This document shows, in pieces, positions 9,038 to 17,918 of a DNA stretch of 64,000 nt; positions within the stretch are counted from its first letter, which is position 1, and every line of letters begins with the position of its first letter. Below the pieces are notes generated by a model. That model made no database searches. It saw only the letters and a list, made by a program, of their open reading frames with translations, and was not told the origin of the DNA. The position numbers and the translations under genes are program-made. Source of the stretch: an uncultured archaeon. GTDB taxonomy: Archaea > Iainarchaeota > Iainarchaeia > Iainarchaeales > VGJJ01. The stretch is from contig CAYRUV010000001.1 of the NCBI GenBank assembly GCA_964427715.1, forward strand, positions 34,552 through 98,551, read 5' to 3'.

Positions 9038-10057
9038 CTACTGCACGCCCTTATTGCCTAAGTGTTTGATCTCATCGAAGATGTAGTTCTCGATGGTGCG
9101 ATTTCCCAATAGTATTTCGGCTTCAATCGGGGTGAGCATGGGCTTGTCATATCGCTCAAAGTCATCTGTGGCGATTCGGGAGCAGGCGGTGTTGATGTAG
9201 GCATCCACTTTGACTCCGATGAGGGAGGTAGGATTCACAAATTCCATTCCGACCATGTAAACTTTCTTTCCCGCTTGTTCGAGTTGTTCTTTGAGTCGCA
9301 TTCCCAGTGCTTTGCGTAATTGTCCTTTCTTTGTGCAGAGAATAATGACGAATGATTGCGCGTCTTTGGCTTTAGCGATGAGTCCGAATCGTTGGCGGAG
9401 GTATTTTTCCTTGTACTTGTTCAAATCTTCCAATCCAAGTGTGAAGGGATTGTATTGGAACGTGGGTTTCTTGCTCGCGAATGAGATGGCGAGGGCGTGG
9501 AAGTATCCGTCGCCGAAATACAAGTTGGCATCGACTTTCTCCTCAATGTCGCGTCGGGCGGAAACATCACAGCCGAGGATTTGTCCGTCTTTGAGGTCGC
9601 CCATCCCGACCATGACTTCATATCCAGCTTTTTCAAGTTCGGATTTGATCTGAGGAAGGTACCGGTGGCACTGAATCGTAACATACACGCCTATTTTTTT
9701 GTGCGTCTTGAAGAAGGGTTCATTGTGCAGGGCTTTGACGCATCCGGGGATCATGTTATCCTCTAAGGGATATTCCACGGGCCAATAGATTACTGGGATT
9801 CCCGTGTGAATCATTTTGGAATGTCCAAAGTGGATGACTAAATCGCATCCCAACAATTGGGCTTGGTGGTCGGCGATGTCGCAGGCTCCAAAGGAAGGAT
9901 CCAACATCGTGATGGTGGGCACTCCTGCGCGTGTGAACGTGTCCTCAATCTCCGTGACATTACTCTTGAGTCCTTCGGGGATCTGAAGTAATACCATTTT
10001 GGGTTTACGCGGTGTGACTTCGGCCAGCAATTCGTCCAGGTGTACTTTCGAGTCCAT
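9038..10057 (-). CDS. dph2: diphthamide biosynthesis enzyme Dph2 (2-(3-amino-3-carboxypropyl)histidine synthase)
   Basis: 339 aa. The length, three-domain architecture with conserved Cys (DPSFGACD, CHRY, NTACSR) and overall similarity match archaeal Dph2. Confidence 0.8.
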   Translation of the reverse strand: MDSKVHLDELLAEVTPRKPKMVLLQIPEGLKSNVTEIEDTFTRAGVPTITMLDPSFGACDIADHQAQLLGCDLVIHFGHSKMIHTGIPVIYWPVEYPLEDNMIPGCVKALHNEPFFKTHKKIGVYVTIQCHRYLPQIKSELEKAGYEVMVGMGDLKDGQILGCDVSARRDIEEKVDANLYFGDGYFHALAISFASKKPTFQYNPFTLGLEDLNKYKEKYLRQRFGLIAKAKDAQSFVIILCTKKGQLRKALGMRLKEQLEQAGKKVYMVGMEFVNPTSLIGVKVDAYINTACSRIATDDFERYDKPMLTPIEAEILLGNRTIENYIFDEIKHLGNKGVQ

Positions 10058-10122
10058 GGGTTAGGCTTCCTGTTTCGAAAAAGAATGGAGAACGAAGGAG
10101 AAGGGCTGACTGAATGTCATGG

Positions 10123-10878
10123 TTACTTCTTCTTCGCGTCTTTCGCCGGGGCGGCCTTGGCATCCTTGGCGGGAGCGGCTCCTTTGGCAGGGGCTGCTCC
10201 TTTTGCGGCCGGGGCTCCCTTGGCGTCCTTTCCAGCGGCGGGTGCAGCGGCGCCGTCTGCAGTCGCAGCGGCCCCTTCGGCCGTAGCGGCTTCGGCCTTG
10301 ACTTCGACTTTCTCTTCGCGGACCGTCTTAGGCAGGGTTCCGATGCTGGTGATATCGTCATGGGCGTCCACGCTCATCTTGAGTCCCAACTTGGGGATGG
10401 CGCGCAACAGTCCTCGTTTCACGTCTTCGACGTGGGCTTCGTTGCACAAAACAGAGAATATCTTTTGTCCGGCTCGAACACGAGCGGCTTTACCGATGGG
10501 CTTTCCGAAGGCGTGCTTCATTCCGGATGAGACACGGTCCGCTCCGGCTCCCTGGGCGAGTTTGTTTTCTCGCATGATGTGATAGGGTACAATTCGGAGT
10601 CGCATGAAGAAATTGTCTTTCCCGATTGAGTTAATCAGGTGTCGGTTCACGTTCAATCGTGCGGATTCCAATGCGTTGTCGCGGATTTGGACGTGGGCTT
10701 CCTCGTTCATGAGGTCTACAATCGAATCATACTTCTTGAGGGGGTTTCCCATGTTGAATTGTCGCGTGCGCAATCCGGGGTTCGTTCCGATGAAGTTCTT
10801 GTCGTGCTTCGTGACGGCAATACGCGTGTAGGCAGGCTTCGAAGTCGTTCGATAACAGTGTGCCGGTCGGATTCCCAT
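10123..10878 (-). CDS. rpl10e: 50S ribosomal protein L10e (uL16) with Ala/Lys/Pro-rich C-terminal tail
   Basis: The N-terminus MGIRPAHCYR and the FMRLRIVPYHIMRENK..GAGADR motif identify L10e. A roughly 75-aa tail of AAPAKG/AKDAK repeats follows. Confidence 0.9.
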   Translation of the reverse strand: MGIRPAHCYRTTSKPAYTRIAVTKHDKNFIGTNPGLRTRQFNMGNPLKKYDSIVDLMNEEAHVQIRDNALESARLNVNRHLINSIGKDNFFMRLRIVPYHIMRENKLAQGAGADRVSSGMKHAFGKPIGKAARVRAGQKIFSVLCNEAHVEDVKRGLLRAIPKLGLKMSVDAHDDITSIGTLPKTVREEKVEVKAEAATAEGAAATADGAAAPAAGKDAKGAPAAKGAAPAKGAAPAKDAKAAPAKDAKKK

Positions 10879-10997
10879 TTTTCATCCCTTTTTTACGTTC
10901 AACTAAGCAAAAACCCCTGGCGAATCCTTTTAAAGCGCATCCATGGGGTCGGGGTTCTTGGTCCTTGTTTTATAGCCTAAAACGCCCTACTGGGAGA

Positions 10998-12194
10998 ATG
11001 AAGGATTACGACGTAATCGTGGTCGGGGGCTCCCTGAGCGGGAGTGTTTGCGCCCACACCCTGGGAGAAAAGGGTCTGCGTGTTTTATTGGTAGACAAGG
11101 CCTCCTTTCCTCACCCGAGAGGGGGGCACGACCTCATCCTAGAGCCTGAGATGCGTGTTTTAGGGGGTATTTTGGGCTCCCGTCTGGAGGGGAAAAAGCC
11201 CCTTCCCTTAGGGGGGTTATCCTTGGTCGGGGACTCGTTGGAGGGTCCGATTCACTCCCCCTCATTCAAGGGATGTGGGCTTTCCCGCACGACCCTGGAT
11301 ATGCTCCTTTTCGAACAGGCCTCCAAGAGGATAGACTTTCGTGAAAAGTCCCAGGTGGTGGGATTGGTTAAGAGTGAACGCAAAGTCACCGGTATTCGTC
11401 TCGCCAATCTTTCCACGAAAGAAGTCAAGGAGTATTCCGCGGACGTCATCATCGGGGCGGATGGTCCTTCGTCGAATGTTTCCGAATGGATGAATCTGGA
11501 CACGTACGATCCCACGCAGACATGGGCTTCTATTCAAACGAGTGTTTCGTTTTCGGATTTCATTGATTCCTCCGTGCGCGTGCATCCATTGTTGGATCAC
11601 TCCCCCGCGTACGCGTGGATGATTCCGCAATCCTCTTCCAACATGAGCGTGGGCTTGTCCTTTCCCCTCAAGCATGTGCGCGGGAAACGATTGAATCTTT
11701 CGCAGGAATTGAAATCGTTTCTTTCCAATCCGTTCTTCGTTTCGCGCAACGCCACTTCTTCAGAATTTGTGGAATCCACCGCACGCATTCACTCGTCTCC
11801 TCTCTCTCGCTCAAGTGAAAATGTATTGTTGGTAGGTCACGCGGCCGGACTTGGAGGTCCTTTCCTCGGAGAATCATTATCGAATGAAATTCGCTCCGCA
11901 CAATTAGCCAGTGGTGTGATTGTGCGTGCGTCGGAGAGTAAGTTCGATTCTGCCATTTTGAATGAGTATTCGTCTCTCTGCGCAAAGGGACTAGAATCCC
12001 GATTGAGAGATTCTCAGAGTGTTCAGAAGTGGTTAGGATATTCTCCCGTGATGAGGCGAGGGGTTGCCAGCGCTCGAGAGACGCAGGGGATCAGTTCTGT
12101 TTTTTCGCGTATTTGGCACTGTGAGGAAGCGCGAAAGAATCTGGCGAATCCGTTGGCCCTGATCCACTCTCTCGCGTTTGGGGCCCAGAGTTAA
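10998..12194 (+). CDS. FAD-dependent oxidoreductase, geranylgeranyl reductase family
   Basis: Rossmann motif DVIVVGGSLSGSVCA..LLVDKA and the VGHAAGL (GDAAG-like) motif. The ORF-track start at 10860 overlaps L10e, so the ATG at 10998 (MKDYDVIVVGG) is preferred. Confidence 0.75.
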   Translation: MKDYDVIVVGGSLSGSVCAHTLGEKGLRVLLVDKASFPHPRGGHDLILEPEMRVLGGILGSRLEGKKPLPLGGLSLVGDSLEGPIHSPSFKGCGLSRTTLDMLLFEQASKRIDFREKSQVVGLVKSERKVTGIRLANLSTKEVKEYSADVIIGADGPSSNVSEWMNLDTYDPTQTWASIQTSVSFSDFIDSSVRVHPLLDHSPAYAWMIPQSSSNMSVGLSFPLKHVRGKRLNLSQELKSFLSNPFFVSRNATSSEFVESTARIHSSPLSRSSENVLLVGHAAGLGGPFLGESLSNEIRSAQLASGVIVRASESKFDSAILNEYSSLCAKGLESRLRDSQSVQKWLGYSPVMRRGVASARETQGISSVFSRIWHCEEARKNLANPLALIHSLAFGAQS

Positions 12195-12219
12195 ATAATC
12201 GGCTAGCGATTCTCGGGTT

Positions 12220-12888
12220 ATGAACGCGACTCCTCGTGCTCGGAAGAGAGTAGTTTTCACTCCCATTCCTCGTGGCGCCCTTCCTGAACGTGTACAGCGT
12301 CTGCGTCGATTGGCTGCGCGGGGAGAAGTGAATGGTCGTCGCGTCCGTGAGTTGACTTCACCCGAGTTCTCTAATGTTGGATTGCATTCCTTTGTAGTGG
12401 AGAAAGGGCCTTCCAAAAAGTATCTGAATTTTAGCAGCTATAAGTGGCCGGAGCATGATAAGGAGCACGGGGTCATCTTTGCGATGCAGGACCGAGTTCA
12501 CTTCTATCCTACGCCCTATAGTTTCTGGTCCATGCTGGTGGATCATGGGATGGCAACGAGGATCAGAACGAAGCCGATAGGCAACGTATCATTGGAGGGT
12601 TGGAGAACATTGATTCAAAATGGAGGAGTCAATTCTGCCAGTTCGATTCGCGAGATGAATACTGCTCTTGCCGTCCATTTCAAATCGGTCTATTCTTTTC
12701 AACGAGGCGTGCAGTCGATGTTTAATGATTCAGTGATGCGTCCCCATCTGGATTTTTTGGGCCAATTAGTGCTGCCAGCCAATACTCTCTATGCAACGTT
12801 TCCTCCTGAAAAAGTGCGCGAGGCCACTCCTCATTTATTGGCTGTTTTTGATTTTCTGTGCTCAAAAAGACGAGCTAAGAAAAATTAA
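12220..12888 (+). CDS. hypothetical protein
   Basis: 222-aa ORF with no recognisable motifs. Confidence 0.45.
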   Translation: MNATPRARKRVVFTPIPRGALPERVQRLRRLAARGEVNGRRVRELTSPEFSNVGLHSFVVEKGPSKKYLNFSSYKWPEHDKEHGVIFAMQDRVHFYPTPYSFWSMLVDHGMATRIRTKPIGNVSLEGWRTLIQNGGVNSASSIREMNTALAVHFKSVYSFQRGVQSMFNDSVMRPHLDFLGQLVLPANTLYATFPPEKVREATPHLLAVFDFLCSKRRAKKN

Positions 12889-13496
12889 TAGTAGTATTCC
12901 TTATCGTCGTGGTTGTATTTCTTCTTCGACTGCTTCGGCCAGCGCTTCTGGATCTCCTCGAAATACGGCTTCAACACCGGGTGCCATTTTGTTTTCCGGT
13001 TACTCTTCTCGTATTCAATCCATTCGTACAAATCTTGCTTGAAGTTCCCGTCTTTTTCGTATTCCATCGCTTGGAATAGCATCTCGAGGATTTCGACCTG
13101 TTTCATGAAAATAGCTTCCTTGGTTTTTCGCTCCTCAAATTCTTCCCATAACATGCGGAATTCTTTCTGCTCTTTTTTAGGAATCGTCTTGAAGAATTTC
13201 TCCACGGCTTTGCGTTCTAATTTTTCTTTCTCTTCTTTCGCGAGGCCTTCCGTAGGGGTGTAATCGTTGTCGAATATCTCCGTGGCGTCGTGGATTAATC
13301 CCATCTTCAGCATTTTTTCCTTGTCATACTCTTTCGGGGCGAGCAAGTAGGCCATCAGCCCGGCTCTCCAGGAATGGTCGGCCACACTCTCAACGTTTTT
13401 CACGCCGCGATTCAGCCAGCCCATTCTCTTCTGCTCCTTGAGTCCGGTCAAGGCGGTGATGGTTTCGAAGAATGGGACTTTAGTCTTGGCAGGCAT
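12885..13496 (-). CDS. HD-domain phosphohydrolase (YfbR-like 5'-deoxynucleotidase family)
   Basis: HD motifs VADHSWRAG (H) and GLIHDATE (HD), about 200 aa. The internal Met MPAKTK at 13496 is preferred because the longer ORF (to 13553) would run into the att-like repeat. Confidence 0.7.
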   Translation of the reverse strand: MPAKTKVPFFETITALTGLKEQKRMGWLNRGVKNVESVADHSWRAGLMAYLLAPKEYDKEKMLKMGLIHDATEIFDNDYTPTEGLAKEEKEKLERKAVEKFFKTIPKKEQKEFRMLWEEFEERKTKEAIFMKQVEILEMLFQAMEYEKDGNFKQDLYEWIEYEKSNRKTKWHPVLKPYFEEIQKRWPKQSKKKYNHDDKEYYY

Positions 13497-13528
13497 GAGG
13501 GATTGGTTCGGTTGAGAGAATAAAAGAT

Positions 13529-13541
13529 AAGCGGGGGCCGA
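13529..13541. repeat. 13-bp direct repeat (aagcgggggccga) identical to the 3' end of tRNA-Cys; left boundary of AT-rich islet
   Basis: aagcgggggccga occurs at 13529-13541 and again at 14299-14311, the latter overlapping the tRNA-Cys 3' acceptor/T-stem. Confidence 0.7.
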
Positions 13542-14298
13542 TAGCCTCAACAATGAGCCAACTCTTCACTCACCCTGCTACATGCCCATAAACTTCTTCT
13601 TAGGATATATTACATTGATGGCCGACTTATTTCTCCTTAGCGATGGATTGTGCGGACTGTATTTTACGACTTCTATTGCTTATTTTGAGCAATATTTTTC
13701 CAGTCATTAAAATATGTCGCTTTGGATCGGTAATAGTTATTGTCTTTGATTCATTATCTATATCTAAAACATGAACAGGCGTGGCAGATCCGGTCAACTT
13801 CGATAGTTTTGGCATATTTTTGTGTGCAAAACTATTTCTAAACGCAATAATTTTCTCAATAGCTTTTACCTCTTCTTTTGTCAATATCCCCATTTTATAA
13901 TAAATATTTGTGATGTCCTTAAGCAGCCATTTACTTGCAAAAAAGCTTATTGGAGTTTGATAACCTTCTTTTGAGAAAAGGATTTTCGCTTCATTTGATC
14001 TAAACGTTGCTTGGAATTCTTCTGAAAGGTGTCTTATGAAATAGTATTCTAAAATTCCATAAAGCTCTATTATTGCAATTGAATTAAGCCCCATTGCATA
14101 GCAAAAAAATAGGATTTCCTAAAAGTGCCCATTCGATAGCATCAAATTGCGAACGTTCAATCTCATTAAAGTTTTCTTTTTTTCCAAGAAACGCATAATA
14201 CTCTTCTAATCGTTTATTGGAAAAGCCATACCTGCCTTGTATGCTTTTTTGCATTTCAGTTTTGTTGTCAGAAAACATAATTGGCCATTTCTCTCATA
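13542..14298. mobile_element. small AT-rich islet flanked by tRNA-Cys 3'-end direct repeats (remnant of a tRNA-integrated element)
   Basis: A sharp drop in GC relative to flanks, bounded by the 13-bp direct repeat. It sits immediately 3' of tRNA-Cys and holds only a frameshifted gene; no integrase remains. Confidence 0.5.
13627..14278 (-). pseudogene. frameshifted gene encoding HEPN-motif (R-x4-H) protein; two ORFs (64 aa + 155 aa) split at a poly-T run
   Basis: ORFs 14084..14278 and 13627..14094 overlap in different frames at a T7 homopolymer (14103-14109 on +). The downstream part contains IIAFRNSFAHKN, which fits the HEPN Rx4-6H motif. Confidence 0.4.
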
Positions 14299-14299
14299 A

Positions 14300-14370
14300 A
14301 GCGGGGGCCGAGAGTCGAACTCGATTTTCCAGCTCTGCAGGCTAGCGCATGACCGTTCTGCCACCCCCGC
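14300..14370 (-). tRNA. tRNA-Cys (GCA)
   Basis: Cloverleaf by eye: acceptor GCGGGGG/CCCCCGC, anticodon stem CTAGC/GCTGG with loop CTGCAGA (U33, anticodon GCA), T-arm CGAG-TTCGACT-CTCG. Discriminator U73 is typical of tRNA-Cys. CCA is not encoded. Confidence 0.85.
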
Positions 14371-14444
14371 AACGAGGTAACGTGGTCGCGTTCTAGGATA
14401 TGGACGCGGATAAGGGTTTTAATGCCCGTGGGCCTCTTCCGAGG

Positions 14445-15134
14445 ATGGCCTTGCTCAAAGCGGTGGTTTTTGACTTCGACGATACATTAGTCGAAAGTGG
14501 GGAGACCTCGTACCGGAACCACTGCAAGGCCGCTTATGCATTGGGATGGCCCAAGCCCTCATTTGGAGTTTTCCTGAAACACTGGGGGAAACCCTGGCAC
14601 GGGATGATCAGCGCATTGTTCCCCCACAAGGATGTGAATGAGTTTATCCAAACGTATTCTAAGATTCGCCTCTCCTCACGATACCCTTTGATTCCGGGAT
14701 CATTGGACACGCTGAACTTTTTACACGAGCATCATATCGAATTGGGTATTTTGTCCAACAAGCCCACGGATCAATTATTTCAACGTATTAATCACACGAC
14801 GATGAATCCCAAAATATTTTCATTTGTCTTTGGAGAACAATCCACCAAGTACAAGAAGCCCGATTCAAGGGTGTTTGATGAGGTTTTGTTTGCGTTTCGA
14901 AAGCATTACATCAAGAAGTCGGAAATTCTCTACGTGGGGGACTTGACGGTGGATTATTTTGCGGCCCGTGGAGCCGGAGTGGATTTTTGTGCCGTGCTGA
15001 GCGGGTTTCATTCGAAGCAGCGCTTCATGCGCGAGGGATTAGATGCCCAGCACATGGTTCCTTCCGTGAAATACCTCCCGGAATGGCTGACCGACTACGG
15101 CTACATCAAGAAAGCCCACGGAAAAGGATACTAA
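14445..15134 (+). CDS. HAD-superfamily hydrolase (phosphoglycolate phosphatase-like)
   Basis: Motif I VVFDFDDTLV (DxDxT), motif with K (YKKPD) and motif IV GDLTVD. The start is placed at MALLKAVVFDFDDTL. Confidence 0.7.
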   Translation: MALLKAVVFDFDDTLVESGETSYRNHCKAAYALGWPKPSFGVFLKHWGKPWHGMISALFPHKDVNEFIQTYSKIRLSSRYPLIPGSLDTLNFLHEHHIELGILSNKPTDQLFQRINHTTMNPKIFSFVFGEQSTKYKKPDSRVFDEVLFAFRKHYIKKSEILYVGDLTVDYFAARGAGVDFCAVLSGFHSKQRFMREGLDAQHMVPSVKYLPEWLTDYGYIKKAHGKGY

Positions 15135-15200
15135 TTTTTCCTCCCCTTAATGGCCGTCTTCCACCCCAACCCTTAAATCGCCTCAGGGGGTATTCCTGGG

Positions 15201-16490
15201 ATGCGCCTCGCCATTGTTTCTGACACCCATTTGGGGTTTGCTCGAGGTTCTCCTCGCGAAGGGGATGCGTATTCTAATCTCAAACAGGCCCTAGAGGGCA
15301 TTGTGAGGCAGGAGCCGGATGCGATTATTTTCCCCGGGGACCTATTCGACCATAAGATTCCCACGCAGGAAGTATGGCACGAGTGTTTGGAATTGTTTGG
15401 TCTGCTCCAGAATGGAAAGCAGCCCTCAGTTAAAGTGACTCATCACTTGAGGGATGGGCATACGAAACAGTACTCTTATCGGGGGATTCCCATCATCGCC
15501 ATTGCGGGAACCCATGAGTATCGTTCCAAGGATTTGAAGAATGCGTTACAAGTATTGGAAACCGGAAATTTCCTCACGTGCCTGCATGCCTCTCATGCGT
15601 TGATTGAGAAGGATGGGGAAAAGGTCGCCATTCATGGGATGAGTGGAATTCCTGAGAAGCGCGCACTAGAAGCGCTGCGGATGTACAATCCTCAACCTCG
15701 GAAGGATGCGCACAATTTGTTGGTGCTTCACCAATCCATCAAGGAATTTCTCCCTTCGAATGATGACATGGTCGCCACGATTGGATTATCGGATTTACCC
15801 AGCGGGTTTGATTTGTTGGTGAATGGTCACCTGCACTGGACCTCCATCACGGAATGGGAGGGAAAGAAACTCCTCATTCCCGGATCTACGGTGTTCACTC
15901 AGATGAAGCGATTAGAGGGGGAGAAACCCAAGGGGTGGTATGTCTACGACACGAAAAACAAAGACTTGCAGATGCACCATATTCCCAAGCAGCGTAAATT
16001 GTATTATCACTGCATGAAGTTCAAGCACGCGTCTCCGCGACAAATTGTGAAAAAATGCCGAGAGATTGTGGAGGAGGACTTGAAAGTCTCGCACGAACAA
16101 CTACCTTTGTATCGTCTCAAGCTCAAAGGAACCCTTGCGAAAGGATATACGCAGGCCGATGTGGACATGAATGCCATTCTAGAGGGCTTTCAAGACAAAG
16201 CGTTGTTTTCCACCATGAAGAAGTTTGAAACCGGGGAGTTTTCCGTGCGATTGGATGAGTTGCGCGCCCTCCACCGCTCAAAAGTGAGCCTTTCTCGCAT
16301 GGGGATTGATTTGTTGGAGAAAAATCTCGCCCAAACCCCCTTCGCGCAACGATTGGACGCGAAACGATTGTTTGAGATGCTAGAGGATAAGGAAAATCTC
16401 GAGAAAACCATTCAATTGTTGGACGCGGGAGAAATCGTCAAGCGGGACAACGCGAATTCGGACGAAAAAGTAATCATTGTCACGAAATAA
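15201..16490 (+). CDS. mre11: Mre11-like DNA repair metallophosphoesterase
   Basis: Calcineurin-like phosphoesterase motifs: VSDTHLG, GDLFD, AGTHE (GNHE-like), LHQ, GHLHW. 429 aa. No rad50 is adjacent. Confidence 0.7.
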   Translation: MRLAIVSDTHLGFARGSPREGDAYSNLKQALEGIVRQEPDAIIFPGDLFDHKIPTQEVWHECLELFGLLQNGKQPSVKVTHHLRDGHTKQYSYRGIPIIAIAGTHEYRSKDLKNALQVLETGNFLTCLHASHALIEKDGEKVAIHGMSGIPEKRALEALRMYNPQPRKDAHNLLVLHQSIKEFLPSNDDMVATIGLSDLPSGFDLLVNGHLHWTSITEWEGKKLLIPGSTVFTQMKRLEGEKPKGWYVYDTKNKDLQMHHIPKQRKLYYHCMKFKHASPRQIVKKCREIVEEDLKVSHEQLPLYRLKLKGTLAKGYTQADVDMNAILEGFQDKALFSTMKKFETGEFSVRLDELRALHRSKVSLSRMGIDLLEKNLAQTPFAQRLDAKRLFEMLEDKENLEKTIQLLDAGEIVKRDNANSDEKVIIVTK

Positions 16491-16493
16491 TGT

Positions 16494-17909
16494 TTACTTT
16501 CGCGTCTCGCGGTGAAAGTACGTCAGCGCATGCATAGCTTGCGTGGCGTCGATGGGTTCTTCGAACGTGTGGATGCCTTCTTTTTCCAATAGCTTCATGT
16601 GCATCTTCGCGTATTCCCCGCCCGCACTCACAATCAACACAGGTTTCTTTCGCTTGGTGAGCAATTCTGATAACCCTTCGATAATATCCGAATCCAGGGT
16701 GGGAACTTGGAACAAGAGGATGGTAATGATGGAGTCCACGGCGGGATCGGCCATGGCATTCTGGATGGCTACTAAGAAGCGGTTGTTGTCCGCATCCCCG
16801 GTCAAGTCCATGGGGTTCTTGATGACGGCATACGATGGAGACGCCGCAATGATGGGTTTCTTGAACGAATCTCCCATCTGTGCGAGGGTGAGGGATGATC
16901 CTTCCAACGCGTCGGTGGTCAATACTCCATATCCTCCCCCATTCGTGATGATCTGTACGCGGGTTCCTTTGGGGGTGGGCTCTGTTTCGAGTACGCGGGC
17001 GTAATCGAATACCTCTCGCATGCTATTCGCAAGGATGAGTCCGGTCTGCTTGACTACGGCTTCGAATACCTTGGCGCTTCCGGCCAAACTACCCGTGTGA
17101 GAGGCTGTAGCTTTTCCTCCCGCGTCGGACATTCCTCCCTTGATGATGATAATGGGTTTCACGTGGGCGTATTTCTTGGCGACCTGGAAGAACTTTTTTC
17201 CGTTTCGCACCCCTTCTAAGTACACGCAGATAACTTTGGTCTCGCGGTCATTGATCAAGAATTCCAGCAAGTCCGCCTCATCCACCGACATTGCGTTTCC
17301 ATACGAGATGAATTTGTTGATTCCGTAGTCTTTGCTTCCAGCCCAGTCCAGAATGGCGCTTCCCAGTGCACCGGATTGAGAGATGAAGGAGATTTTTCCC
17401 TTCTTGGGTCGCATCAAGCGATACCGGGGAAGGAATAGCGTGTCAATTCCTGAGTGGGTGTCCATAACCCCCAAACAATTGGGTCCAATGACCGGCATGT
17501 TGGGGTATTTGTCCATGGCTTTCTGCAGCTTATTAGCCAAATCGTGATTGCCTACTTCCGAGAATCCCGCAGAGATGATGATGACGGACTTGACTTTCTT
17601 TTTTCCACACTCTTCAATAGCCTTTGGGACCATTTCTCCTGGAATCGTAATCACGGCCAGCTCCACGTTCTCTTTAATGGAGGCCAACGAGGGATAGCAT
17701 TTCACGTTGAGGATATTCTCCGCGTTGGGATTTACCGGGAACACTTTCCCTCGGTATCCTCCCTTCACAAAGTTCTCCAGCACCACATACCCTATTTTTC
17801 CAGGGTTGCGGGAGGCCCCGATGATGGCGACAGACTTGGCGGTAAAGGCGTATTGGAGGTTGGACTTCATTCTGGAGGGAAGTTTTTGGGCATTAAAAAG
17901 GTTGCCCAA
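16494..17909 (-). CDS. acdA: acetyl-CoA synthetase (ADP-forming) alpha subunit / CoA-binding and ATP-grasp-like protein
   Basis: 471 aa. The CoA-binding N-terminus (KSVAIIGASRNPGKIGY) and succinyl-CoA synthetase-like flavodoxin domain (catalytic His in SHTGSLAG) match the ACD alpha architecture. Confidence 0.75.
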   Translation of the reverse strand: MGNLFNAQKLPSRMKSNLQYAFTAKSVAIIGASRNPGKIGYVVLENFVKGGYRGKVFPVNPNAENILNVKCYPSLASIKENVELAVITIPGEMVPKAIEECGKKKVKSVIIISAGFSEVGNHDLANKLQKAMDKYPNMPVIGPNCLGVMDTHSGIDTLFLPRYRLMRPKKGKISFISQSGALGSAILDWAGSKDYGINKFISYGNAMSVDEADLLEFLINDRETKVICVYLEGVRNGKKFFQVAKKYAHVKPIIIIKGGMSDAGGKATASHTGSLAGSAKVFEAVVKQTGLILANSMREVFDYARVLETEPTPKGTRVQIITNGGGYGVLTTDALEGSSLTLAQMGDSFKKPIIAASPSYAVIKNPMDLTGDADNNRFLVAIQNAMADPAVDSIITILLFQVPTLDSDIIEGLSELLTKRKKPVLIVSAGGEYAKMHMKLLEKEGIHTFEEPIDATQAMHALTYFHRETRK

Positions 17910-17918
17910 TCCCTGGAT

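Noticed and set aside
10040-10582. ORFs 10040..10582 (+), 10114..10530 (+) and 10005..10361 (-) (Ala/Gly/Pro-rich)
   Set aside because: They are antisense or alternative-frame readings of the repetitive L10e tail-encoding DNA. The repetitive GC-rich sequence yields long spurious ORFs.
10860-10997. N-terminal extension of the GGR-family ORF starting at 10860
   Set aside because: It overlaps the L10e start and promoter region and encodes non-conserved sequence. The Rossmann motif begins right after the ATG at 10998.
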